Source: Halalkalibacterium halodurans
GTDB lineage: Bacteria; Bacillota; Bacilli; Bacillales; Bacillaceae_D
Reading direction: 5' to 3'
NCBI RefSeq assembly: GCF_004376175.1
Contig: NZ_SNUY01000023.1
Coordinates: 22,930 to 54,929 of the forward strand
DNA length: 32,000 nt
Part shown: piece after piece, positions 10,288 through 18,501 of the stretch
Layout: every line of letters starts with the position of its first letter
How positions within the stretch are numbered: position 1 is the stretch's first letter
The notes under the pieces: generated by a model
What the model was told of the DNA's origin: nothing
Seen by the model: only the letters and a program-made list of their open reading frames with translations
The model's database searches: none
Made by a program: the position numbers and the translations under genes

Positions 10288-11190
10288 TTAAACTTTAAGA
10301 AACTTGCGAACAGACATAATGCTTCCCCACATTCCGATAAACGCCCCAACAGCGATCAATACCACAGCTACTTGTAAGATCGATGGTGTTACAGGAGTCA
10401 TCGAGAACAAAAAGCTTTGAACTTGTCCACCAAAATTGTTGTACACATAGTAGTATCCGCCCCATAGTATCGCAATCGGTATGAGAGCTCCGATGACACC
10501 GAGTAAAATTCCTTCGATAAAAAATGGCCAGCGGATGAAACCATTTGTGGCTCCAACGAGTTTCATAATTTGAATCTCTCGTTTTCTAGCAAAGATGGTT
10601 AACTTGATCGTGTTCGAAATCAAAAACATCGATGTGAGCATCATTCCAATGATCAAGACGAGCCCACCTGTACGAACAAAGTTCGTGATCGTAAAGAGTC
10701 GGTTGACAACTTCACGCCCGAAACGGACATAATCGACATGGTTCATCGCTTCGATTTGATCGGCAATTTGCTCCGTTAATTGCGGATTTGTCGCACGGAC
10801 AACAAACTTGTCATTTAACGGGTTTTCCTCACGGAGAGACTCAAATACTGGAGCAGTCTCCTCATCTAAACTACCAATGAGTTGATCCAACCCTTCATCA
10901 CGAGAAACGTATGTAACACTCTCAATGTTAGGGATTGTTTGAATTTCGGCTTCAAGAGCTTCCTGTTGTGTTTTATCAGCTGTTAGCTCTATGTATACAT
11001 TTATCTCTACATCGTCCTCGACCGTGGTTGCCACTTGGTTCATATTCATGATCATGAGAATAAAGGCACCAACCACAAACAACATAACAGCAACGGCGCT
11101 GATCGAAGCGAATGTCATCCAACCATTTCGCCCTAGGTTTTTTGTTCCTTCGCGAACGTGACGAGACAGGGTTCTAAATTTCATACCCAT
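10288..11190 (-). CDS. ftsX: Cell division ABC transporter permease-like protein FtsX
   Basis: Reads MGMKFRTLSRHVREGTKNLGRNGWMTFASISAV... with four TM segments and a large extracellular loop. The start is ATG 11190 or 11184, after AAGGGGGA, overlapping the ftsE stop. The first 34 codons of the ORF-track entry lie inside ftsE and are rejected. Confidence 0.92.
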   Translation of the reverse strand: MGMKFRTLSRHVREGTKNLGRNGWMTFASISAVAVMLFVVGAFILMIMNMNQVATTVEDDVEINVYIELTADKTQQEALEAEIQTIPNIESVTYVSRDEGLDQLIGSLDEETAPVFESLREENPLNDKFVVRATNPQLTEQIADQIEAMNHVDYVRFGREVVNRLFTITNFVRTGGLVLIIGMMLTSMFLISNTIKLTIFARKREIQIMKLVGATNGFIRWPFFIEGILLGVIGALIPIAILWGGYYYVYNNFGGQVQSFLFSMTPVTPSILQVAVVLIAVGAFIGMWGSIMSVRKFLKV

Positions 11191-11866
11191 AGTTCCCCCT
11201 TGCTTCATCCCGAACGACTCGTCCATTTTCAATTGCAATGACTCTTCTCTTAATCGTGTTAACGATCTCCTTATTGTGAGTTGCCATAACAACAGTCGTG
11301 CCGAGACGGTTAATTTCTTCTAAGGTGTCCATGATTCCCCACGCTGTGTCGGGGTCTAAATTCCCAGTTGGCTCGTCCGCAATCAACACATCCGGCTGAT
11401 TAACGATAGCTCGTGCAATCGCTACACGCTGCTGTTCTCCCCCTGAGAGTTCACTCGGTAAAAAGCGTGCCTTGTTCTTCAAGCGGACAATGTCAAGAAC
11501 ATCCATTACTTTTTTCTTAATCGCCTCAGGGGATTCTTCAATAACCTCTAAAGCGAAGGCAACGTTCTCGTAAACAGATTGTGAGGTTAATAGTTTAAAA
11601 TCTTGGAAAACGACACCAATGTTTCGTCGGAGGTATGGTATTTGCCGTTCCTTTAAGGAGGAAAGATTTGTATTGTTGATGACAATCTCCCCTTTAGTAG
11701 GTCTTTCCTCACGATAAATCATTTTAATGAATGTTGATTTCCCAGCACCACTAGGTCCAACGATATAAACGAACTCACCTTTTTCGATATTTATATTGAT
11801 TCCATTAATCGCTTTAACACCGTTCGGATAAGCCTTCCAAACATCTTTCATTTTAATCAAATTCAA
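11174..11866 (-). CDS. ftsE: Cell division ATP-binding protein FtsE
   Basis: Walker A GPSGAGKST, ABC signature LSGGEQQRV, Walker B LIADEPTGNLD. The start may be TTG 11866 or TTG 11860; the latter gives MIKMKDVWKAYPNG, which is like B. subtilis FtsE. Confidence 0.95.
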   Translation of the reverse strand: MNLIKMKDVWKAYPNGVKAINGININIEKGEFVYIVGPSGAGKSTFIKMIYREERPTKGEIVINNTNLSSLKERQIPYLRRNIGVVFQDFKLLTSQSVYENVAFALEVIEESPEAIKKKVMDVLDIVRLKNKARFLPSELSGGEQQRVAIARAIVNQPDVLIADEPTGNLDPDTAWGIMDTLEEINRLGTTVVMATHNKEIVNTIKRRVIAIENGRVVRDEARGNYGYEI

Positions 11867-12244
11867 TCACTTCCCCATGTTCTTGCGCAGATTCATTCTC
11901 TCCCGCTAGAACTTCCTGAAAAACATGTCGATAGACACAAAATCCTATCAACTTATGTCGGTTGTTCCACCCAACACATTATAACATCAATTGTTTAACG
12001 GTGATATTACAATTTAATTTCAAAGCTTGTCATATTCTACTACCATTCTGAAACCCCCTGTAAACTAGCGGTTTTCCGACCCGTCTCTCATTTGATATGT
12101 AAAAAAGAATTATAGGAAATTACTTTTTATACCATGTAACAGGTCTCATTTTCCTATTATGGTTACATTCCCTTCTGAATCTATATCATTATAGTATAAA
12201 CCAATAAAATCCAATTCTCTTCACATTTATTCCTTTTTTTCATT

Positions 12245-12269
12245 AGAAAAACTCGGCGTTCCGCCAAGT
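12245..12269 (-). terminator. Second (tandem) rho-independent terminator downstream of cccB
   Basis: The minus-strand RNA forms ACUUGGCG-GAA-CGCCGAGU followed by UUUUUC. Confidence 0.5.
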
Positions 12270-12320
12270 TTATTAAGAGAAGTTTTTTCCTTTAGTCCTT
12301 TATAAAAAATAATCACTTTT

Positions 12321-12360
12321 AAAAAGGACAAAAAGCTCTAGATGCCTTCACACTAGAGCT
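12321..12360 (-). terminator. Rho-independent terminator of cccB
   Basis: The minus-strand RNA forms AGCUCUAG, an 11-nt loop and CUAGAGCU, followed by UUUUUGUCCUUUUU. It lies about 80 nt after the stop at 12439. Confidence 0.6.
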
Positions 12361-12438
12361 TGGGTAAATAGATGATACGTCCTTTTTGAGTAGAAGAGCC
12401 TCTTTCACACTCCACGACTCCACTAATGTTATTTGCGA

Positions 12439-12774
12439 TCACTGTGCCTCAATCCACTTTGCTAAGTTTTCCGCTTCTTCTTGGTCTACATTTTGTGGAG
12501 GCATTGCCCCTTTACCGTGTTCAATCGCATGGATAATTTCTTCATAAGAATAGGCACCATCAGTCAATTGCGGACCTGCGCCTCCTTCAAGATTTCCTCC
12601 ATGACAGGCGATACAAGCTGCTTCGTATGTTTCACGGGCCATCGTCGCATCAAAATCCCCTACTACTTCTTCCGTATCTGCTGGTGTTTCTTCCACATCT
12701 TCACCAGCTCCACCACATGCCACCAGAGAACCTAAGACCATGAGACCACTTAGGGCAAACAAACATTTTTTCAT
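12439..12774 (-). CDS. cccB: Membrane-anchored lipoprotein cytochrome c551
   Basis: 111 aa. The signal peptide carries the lipobox LVAC (MKKCLFALSGLMVLGSLVACGG). It has a single heme c motif CIACH and a distal Met region GKGAMPP. Size and position match B. subtilis CccB. Confidence 0.88.
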   Translation of the reverse strand: MKKCLFALSGLMVLGSLVACGGAGEDVEETPADTEEVVGDFDATMARETYEAACIACHGGNLEGGAGPQLTDGAYSYEEIIHAIEHGKGAMPPQNVDQEEAENLAKWIEAQ

Positions 12775-12835
12775 TGCAATTCCTCCTTGAAGTCATGAAA
12801 TAGTGTTCGTTCACAATAGTTCTAGTTTTTCAAGG

Positions 12836-13717
12836 CTACGCACGCTTAAACCCTTCTCCAAGGACTTCTGTTGCACTTGTTACAATTACAAAAGCCTGGG
12901 GATCAATGGATTGCACGATTTGCTTCAACTTGGTGACTTCACTTTGTCCTACGACACACATGAGAACTGGACGTTCTTGGTTTGTGTACCCACCATAGCC
13001 GACCAACTTGGTGACACCACGATCAATGTCTTGGAGAATGCCTTTACGCACTTCTTCTTGCTGATTTGAAATAATTAGAGCTACCTTCGCATATCCTACC
13101 CCAATCTGAACAAGATCAATCGTCTTTCCTGTTACAAAAAGGGCGATTAATGCGTAAAGCGCATATTCTATACCAAACAAAAAGGCCGCGGACATGACGA
13201 TCAGACCGTCGATCATAAACACGCACATGCCGACAGATAGGCCTGTGTACTTATGGACAATTTGTGCGGCTAAATCCGTTCCGCCTGTACTTGCCCGCGC
13301 TCGAAAAACAATCCCTAATCCTAAACCGACGCCCATTCCTCCAAAAATAGCACCGAGCAAAGGGTCTAATGTTGCAGGGGGCAGATCTTTCGTCAACAGG
13401 ACAACCAATGGAAGAAAGGAGGTTCCGATTAACGCTTTGATCCCATACTTCAATCCTCCCAATAGCCATACCCCTAACAGAAAAAGCGGAATGTTAAACG
13501 CCCATTGAACATAGGCTGGTTCAAGACCTAATGTATAATTAATGAGGATACTAATCCCGCTTACGCCTCCAGATGCCACTTGGTTCGGTAATAAAAACAA
13601 ATTAAATGCTAACGCTACAAAAGCTGATCCAATCAGCACATATGTATAATCAATGACCCCTTGCCTAACAGGGGAATGTGGTTGTCTACGGTGTTTTACT
13701 GTACGCAACTGATTCAC
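12836..13717 (-). CDS. YitT family membrane protein (YvjA position) with a C-terminal DUF2179-like domain
   Basis: 293 aa with a GTG start after GGGAGAGGGAGC. Repeated YitT-type helices are present (LPNQVASGGVSGISIL, STGGTDLAAQIV). The soluble C-terminal domain reads GYGGYTNQERPVLMCVVGQSEVTKLKQIV. Confidence 0.85.
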   Translation of the reverse strand: MNQLRTVKHRRQPHSPVRQGVIDYTYVLIGSAFVALAFNLFLLPNQVASGGVSGISILINYTLGLEPAYVQWAFNIPLFLLGVWLLGGLKYGIKALIGTSFLPLVVLLTKDLPPATLDPLLGAIFGGMGVGLGLGIVFRARASTGGTDLAAQIVHKYTGLSVGMCVFMIDGLIVMSAAFLFGIEYALYALIALFVTGKTIDLVQIGVGYAKVALIISNQQEEVRKGILQDIDRGVTKLVGYGGYTNQERPVLMCVVGQSEVTKLKQIVQSIDPQAFVIVTSATEVLGEGFKRA

Positions 13718-13768
13718 GCTCCCTCTCCCATATTCTATCTTATTTTCGTGCGTTCAATCCACTGGAAG

Positions 13769-13797
13769 AGTATATCACCGGCTAAGACGACTGTAAA
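13769..13797 (-). promoter_or_regulatory. Sigma-A type promoter of the YitT-family gene
   Basis: The minus strand reads TTTACA, a 17-nt spacer and TATACT, with a TG at the extended -10 position (TGATATACT). It lies about 50 nt upstream of the GTG start. Confidence 0.55.
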
Positions 13798-13837
13798 TGC
13801 AAACTAAGTAACGTAATGCCGCAGTAAAGTACACTAT

Positions 13838-13985
13838 TTATCCACATATAAAAAGAACAATCCACAATATACACATACTTATTCACAGATGTTTTTAATA
13901 TATCAACAATTATCATCATTTTTATCCACATACGTGAACAAGTGTGCGTGTTTTTCGTTCTTTTTTTGATTTCTTTTGTGGATAA
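13838..13985. promoter_or_regulatory. DnaA-box cluster
   Basis: Perfect TTATCCACA occurs at 13838-13846 (+), at 13922-13930 (+), and as TGTGGATAA at 13977-13985 (-). An 8/9 box TTATTCACA is at 13879-13887. Weaker 7/9 boxes are at 13858-13866 (CAATCCACA) and 13910-13918 (TTATCATCA). A ~80% AT tract spans 13888-13921. Confidence 0.75.
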
Positions 13986-14048
13986 AGCATTTGGAACATC
14001 ATTTGCTCCGGTTATTAACTTACTGCCCATCCTTAATGGTAAGCGCAG

Positions 14049-14086
14049 AAAAAGCCCTTCCCCACATTGTGGAAAAAGGCTTTTTT
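14049..14086 (-). terminator. Rho-independent terminator of prfB (U-tracts on both sides)
   Basis: The minus-strand RNA forms AAAAGCCUUUUUCCAC-AAU-GUGGGGAAGGGCUUUU (14 bp including G-U pairs) followed by UUUUUCU. It starts 8 nt after the TAA at 14095-14097. Confidence 0.8.
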
Positions 14087-14094
14087 GCTTTTCA

Positions 14095-15196
14095 TTATGA
14101 GACATTCCAGCGAAGGTAAGCGTCGATGAAGGAATCAATCTCTCCATCCATCACCGCATTCGTATTCCCAACTTCCACATTCGTACGGTGATCTTTTACC
14201 ATACTATATGGATGGAATACGTATGAACGAATTTGACTTCCCCAACCGATTTCTTTTTGTTCCCCGCGGATTTCAGCCAACTCTTTTTGCTGCTCCTCCA
14301 GCTTTAACTGCAACAATTTGGCCTGTAACATTTTCATCGCTCGTTCGCGGTTTTTAATCTGTGAACGTTCACTTTGGCATGTGACAACCGTATTTGTCGG
14401 AAGGTGGGTAATTCTCACAGCTGAATCAGTCGTATTGACATGCTGCCCACCGGCACCGCTAGAACGATACGTATCAATTTTTAAATCTTCCGTTGAGATT
14501 TCAATCTCGACACTACCGTCAAGCTCCGGCATTACTTCACATGAAACAAACGACGTATGTCGCCGTCCGGACGAATCAAAAGGAGAGATCCGCACAAGAC
14601 GATGTACACCTTTCTCCGCTTTCAAATAGCCATAAGCGTTATGTCCTTTAATTAATAAGGTAACACTTTTGACCCCAGCTTCATCCCCCGGTAAATAATC
14701 CAATGTCTCCACTTTATAGCCTTTGTTTTCTGCCCAACGGGTGTACATTCTTAACAGCATGGAAGCCCAGTCTTGAGATTCTGTTCCTCCCGCACCTGGG
14801 TGAAGCTCTAAAATGGCATTGTTTTTATCGTAAGGCTCATTTAACAGCAACTGCAATTCAAACTCATTTAATTCTTTCACTAAATCTTTTAGACCTTGCT
14901 CTAATTCCTGTTGTAAGTCTGCATCCGTTTCTTCCTTACAAAGCTCATAGGAGACTTCCAAGTCCTCATAAGTCTCTTCAATCCTTAAAAATGTATGGAC
15001 GGTATCCTTTAGAGCGTTTGCCTCATCAATGACTTTTTGCGCAGCTGCTTGATCATTCCAAAAATCAGCTGCTGTCATTTTTTTTTCTAACTCAGCAATT
15101 CGCGCTTGCTTTGTTTCGAGGTCAAAGAGACCCCCTAAAGTCCGCTAATCGCTTAGCCATCGTTGTTAATTCTTGCTTTACTTCCACTAATTCCAT
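14095..15196 (-). CDS. prfB: Peptide chain release factor 2, expressed through a programmed +1 ribosomal frameshift
   Basis: Frame 0 runs from ATG 15196 and reads [24 protein letters not shown], ending at TGA. The +1 frame continues [25 protein letters not shown]... into ORF 14095..15078. The protein carries the SPF motif ([15 protein letters not shown]) and the GGQ motif (SGAGGQHVN). Confidence 0.95.
15121..15136 (-). promoter_or_regulatory. prfB +1 frameshift signal
   Basis: The minus strand reads AGGGGG UCU CUU UGA C. This is an internal SD-like AGGGGG (15131-15136), a 3-nt spacer, the slippery CUU (15125-15127), an in-frame UGA (15122-15124) and a following C. Confidence 0.93.
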
Positions 15197-15236
15197 ACCA
15201 TCACCTCAAGGAGATTGTTCCTCATTACTACGGACA

Positions 15237-17753
15237 TTATTGCCCGCAGCAATTTTTGTATTTTTTCCCGCTACCACATGGGCACGGCTCGTTTCTACCA
15301 ACCGTTTCTTTTTTTCGAACCGGCTGACGCTTGGCCTTAGAGTCACCGTCTGTTGGCCTCGGTTGAACCGCTTGTCCCTCTGCTACCTTTTCACGTTGAA
15401 GGTTTTGCTGAACTTGTGCTTTCATCACATACATCGCCACTTCTTCTTCAATCGAGGCGACCATGGCTTCAAACATTTCAAACCCTTCAAAGCGATATTC
15501 CCTTAGCGGATCGTTTTGCCCATAGGCACGTAGATGAATCCCTTGGCGCAGCTGATCCATTTGATCAATGTGGTTCATCCACTTACGATCAACGGTCCGC
15601 AACATAATTACTTTTTCGAACTCACGCATATGCTCTGGTGTGAATTCCTCTTCTTTTTTATTGTATCTCTCGATTACTTTGTCATAAATGATCTCGACAA
15701 TTTCCTCTGGGTCTTTACCCCAGATGTCTTTTTCTGTTAGATCGTCTTCATTTAAAAGATTGGCTTTCATGAAGTTAACAATCGCACCGTAATCCCAATC
15801 CTCTGGTACTTCGCTCTCCGGTGTATGGAGCTGGACGTTCCGTTCGATTACAGATAAAATCATTTTCTCCACAATCTCACGTAAATTATCGGATTCTAAC
15901 ACTTCCATCCGCTGTTTATAAATAATCTCCCGTTGCTCACGCATGACATCGTCATATTGTAAAATTTGCTTCCGGGCATCGAAGTTGTTTCCTTCCACTC
16001 GTTTTTGCGCTGTTTCGACCGCACGAGACACAAGCTTACTTTCAATCGGCTGATCTTCTTCCATTCCAAGCTTATCCATCATCGCCCGCATATTATCTGA
16101 GCCGAAGCGACGCATAAGTTCGTCTTCCATTGATAAATAAAATTGCGAAGACCCTGGATCTCCTTGACGACCAGAACGTCCACGAAGCTGGTTGTCAATT
16201 CGGCGGCTTTCATGGCGCTCGGTTCCTAAGACGTGAAGACCGCCAAGCTCACGTACACCTTCGCCTAATTTAATATCGGTTCCCCGACCCGCCATGTTCG
16301 TCGCAATGGTCACGGCACCACGGTGCCCAGCATTTTCAATAATTTCTGCTTCCTTCTCGTGATTTTTCGCATTTAACACATGGTGAGGGATCCGACGCTT
16401 TTTCAGCAATGTAGAAACAAGCTCTGACGTTTCAACACTTACTGTACCTACGAGGACAGGCTGTCCCTTTTTATAAAGCTCTTCAATTTCGTTGACAACG
16501 GCTTTGAATTTTGCGTCCATTGTTTTGAAAATCAAATCTGGTCGGTCATCACGAATGACCGGCTTGTTTGTCGGAATCACCATAACATCCATGCCATAAA
16601 TGTTACGGAATTCCTCTTCTTCTGTTTTTGCCGTACCAGTCATCCCTGCAAGCTTTTGATACATCCGGAAATAGTTTTGGAATGTAATCGAAGCAAGGGT
16701 CATGCTCTCACGCTGAATTTGCAAACCTTCTTTAGCCTCAATCGCCTGATGAAGACCATCACTGTAGCGCCGCCCTTTCATCAAACGTCCTGTAAACTGA
16801 TCGACAATGACAATTTCTCCGTTTTCAACTACATAATCCGCATCGCGATGCATGACTACATGGGCTTTCATCGCTTGATTAATGTGATGAAGAAGTTGTA
16901 CATGCCGTTGATCAAACAAGTTATCGATATTAAACGCACGCTCCGCCTTGTTCACACCTTCTTCTGTTAGCTGAACAGACTTTGTTTTTTCATCAAGCGT
17001 GTAGTCCTCTTCATTTTTCAATACACGTACGAATGAGTTCGCTTGTGAATATAGCTTTGTGGAACGCTCAACAGAACCAGAGATGATGAGCGGCGTACGC
17101 GCTTCGTCAATAAGAATGGAATCGACCTCATCAACAAGAGCGAAATTTAGGGAGCGCTGCACCATTTGCTCCTTATAGAGCACCATGTTATCCCGCAAGT
17201 AATCGAACCCAAATTCATTGTTTGTTCCATACGTAATATCGGCCTGATAAGCCTCCTTTTTCTCTTCCTTGGAGAGCCCTGGCACGTTCAAACCTACCGT
17301 TAACCCAAGAAACTCGAACATCGCGCCCATTTGTTCGCTATCACGACGTGCCAAATAATCGTTGACCGTCACTACATGAACACCTTTACCGGCAAGGGCA
17401 TTTAAATAAACAGGCATCGTCCCAACGAGCGTCTTACCTTCCCCAGTTTTCATCTCAGCGATATTTCCTTGGTGAAGGGCGATCGCTCCAAGAATTTGAA
17501 CAGGATATGGAGTCATATTTAACACACGTGTTGCTGCCTCTCTTACAACAGCGTATGCTTCTGGAAGCAAGTCATCGAGAGATTCCCCGTTCTTATACCT
17601 CTTTTTAAATTCCTCTGTTTTTTGACGCAACCCATCATCGGAAAGTGACTTCATTTCGTCACTTAACGCTTCTACTTGGTCGGCGATTTTTTGATTTTTT
17701 TTCAACTGGCGCTGACTTGGATCGCCAACAACCTTTTTTAGTAACCCTAACAT
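15237..17753 (-). CDS. secA: Preprotein translocase ATPase SecA
   Basis: 838 aa with DEAD motor motifs ([29 protein letters not shown]). The C-terminal zinc finger reads [15 protein letters not shown]. Confidence 0.98.
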   Translation of the reverse strand: MLGLLKKVVGDPSQRQLKKNQKIADQVEALSDEMKSLSDDGLRQKTEEFKKRYKNGESLDDLLPEAYAVVREAATRVLNMTPYPVQILGAIALHQGNIAEMKTGEGKTLVGTMPVYLNALAGKGVHVVTVNDYLARRDSEQMGAMFEFLGLTVGLNVPGLSKEEKKEAYQADITYGTNNEFGFDYLRDNMVLYKEQMVQRSLNFALVDEVDSILIDEARTPLIISGSVERSTKLYSQANSFVRVLKNEEDYTLDEKTKSVQLTEEGVNKAERAFNIDNLFDQRHVQLLHHINQAMKAHVVMHRDADYVVENGEIVIVDQFTGRLMKGRRYSDGLHQAIEAKEGLQIQRESMTLASITFQNYFRMYQKLAGMTGTAKTEEEEFRNIYGMDVMVIPTNKPVIRDDRPDLIFKTMDAKFKAVVNEIEELYKKGQPVLVGTVSVETSELVSTLLKKRRIPHHVLNAKNHEKEAEIIENAGHRGAVTIATNMAGRGTDIKLGEGVRELGGLHVLGTERHESRRIDNQLRGRSGRQGDPGSSQFYLSMEDELMRRFGSDNMRAMMDKLGMEEDQPIESKLVSRAVETAQKRVEGNNFDARKQILQYDDVMREQREIIYKQRMEVLESDNLREIVEKMILSVIERNVQLHTPESEVPEDWDYGAIVNFMKANLLNEDDLTEKDIWGKDPEEIVEIIYDKVIERYNKKEEEFTPEHMREFEKVIMLRTVDRKWMNHIDQMDQLRQGIHLRAYGQNDPLREYRFEGFEMFEAMVASIEEEVAMYVMKAQVQQNLQREKVAEGQAVQPRPTDGDSKAKRQPVRKKETVGRNEPCPCGSGKKYKNCCGQ

Positions 17754-18106
17754 GACATTCGCCTCACTTTTCTTTTCTCCTTACAAAAACTTGGCCAGTC
17801 ACCAAGTCCAAATGCGAAAGCCGCCGCTTTTCATTCGCGTTAACAATAAATTCATGTCTATCTTTCTTCGTTATTATTAAACGATGGATAATACAAACTT
17901 ACCCTTCATTTTACCAACTCCTTGTCCTAATAACAAGACAAGGCTATAGGATCTTCCATTTTATGTACGTATGCTTCCTGACTTGTGTTTCACACTGTTT
18001 ACAATAGAAAATGTGAACTTTTATGAAGAAAAATGAAACAATTTTGTTCGTTTCTACGTATTGTGTAATAGAGAAAGACACTTGTATCACTGGAAGGGGT
18101 AACGGT

Positions 18107-18357
18107 ATGATTCAACCGAACATTCAACTCTTGCATGATCACATCGTCATTCACTGGTGATGGCAACGATCCGTATCCCAGTAGCCGATATTATTGAAAT
18201 TGTTGATTTACATAATCCTACTTCAGACGAAAAGCCTGTTATACGAATTGTAGATCCCAATGGCACAAAAGCGTATAGTTGCATCCGTACGAAAAAGGCT
18301 GATTACTTAATCTATTCGAATGATCAAACGTGGCGAACCGAGGTATTATCATGCTAA
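18107..18357 (+). pseudogene. SunI/YnzG-like small PH-domain protein gene with its reading frame broken after codon 17. The alternative reading is a 17-codon leader ORF coupled by TGATG to the 65-codon ORF 18160..18357.
   Basis: A good RBS, GGAAGGGG, lies 7 nt before ATG 18107, giving MIQPNIQLLHDHIVIHW then TGA. ATG 18160 shares the A of that TGA and has no SD of its own, giving MATIRIPVADIIEIVDLHNPTSDEKPVIRIVDPNGTKAYSCIRTKKADYLIYSNDQ.... Joined, HIVIHW-x-MATIRIPVADIIEIV resembles, from memory, the LIISWQLAKITIPLRDVIEV core of SunI/YnzG proteins. Confidence 0.5.
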
Positions 18358-18399
18358 TACATCATTACGTCCCGTAACAAAGAGGGGTATTCAGCAAAA

Positions 18400-18423
18400 G
18401 GCTAGCCTACTAGCCATCCTTTT
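18400..18423 (+). terminator. Possible terminator of the small plus-strand gene
   Basis: GGCTAG-CCTA-CTAGCC followed by ATCCTTTT. The stem is short (6 bp). Confidence 0.35.
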
Positions 18424-18463
18424 CGGGAGTGACAAAAATGCCATTGAACACTAGGAAGAGTGT

Positions 18464-18489
18464 AAAAAAGAGGGGCTTCGGGGCCCCTC
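18464..18489 (-). terminator. Rho-independent terminator of hpf
   Basis: The minus-strand RNA forms GAGGGGC-CCCGAA-GCCCCUC followed by UUUUUU, 13 nt after the stop at 18502. Confidence 0.85.
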
Positions 18490-18501
18490 CCAACAGTCGG
18501 C

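Noticed and set aside
10288-11292. Long N-terminal extensions in the ORF track: ftsX to 11292, flgN to 30753, flaG to 24686, hpf to 19083, yvyF to 31868 and the sortase from 4845
   Set aside because: Each extension overlaps the upstream gene or a promoter and lacks an SD. Internal ATGs with good SD spacing reproduce the family-typical N-termini.
12270-12320. Small RNA between the two tandem terminators downstream of cccB
   Set aside because: I could not find a promoter with acceptable -35/-10 spacing ahead of the second terminator. Tandem termination is the simpler reading.
12803-12817. Rex-like half-site (TTGTGAACGAACAC on the minus strand) upstream of cccB
   Set aside because: Only one half (TTGTGAA/TTCACAA) matches. 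The second half of the inverted repeat is missing. This is not enough to call an operator.
13838-13985. Reading the DnaA-box cluster as a replication origin (oriC or a secondary origin)
   Set aside because: There is no dnaA or dnaN nearby. I could not find a DnaA-trio array (repeated 3'-GAT-5' next to a box), and the AT tract is only about 34 nt. The evidence supports a DnaA-binding cluster and not an unwinding element.
13782-14147. 121-aa minus-strand ORF spanning the DnaA-box spacer and the prfB 3' end
   Set aside because: It overlaps the prfB stop and terminator and runs through the promoter and DnaA-box region. It has no SD and an odd composition. I treat it as a chance ORF in AT-rich DNA.
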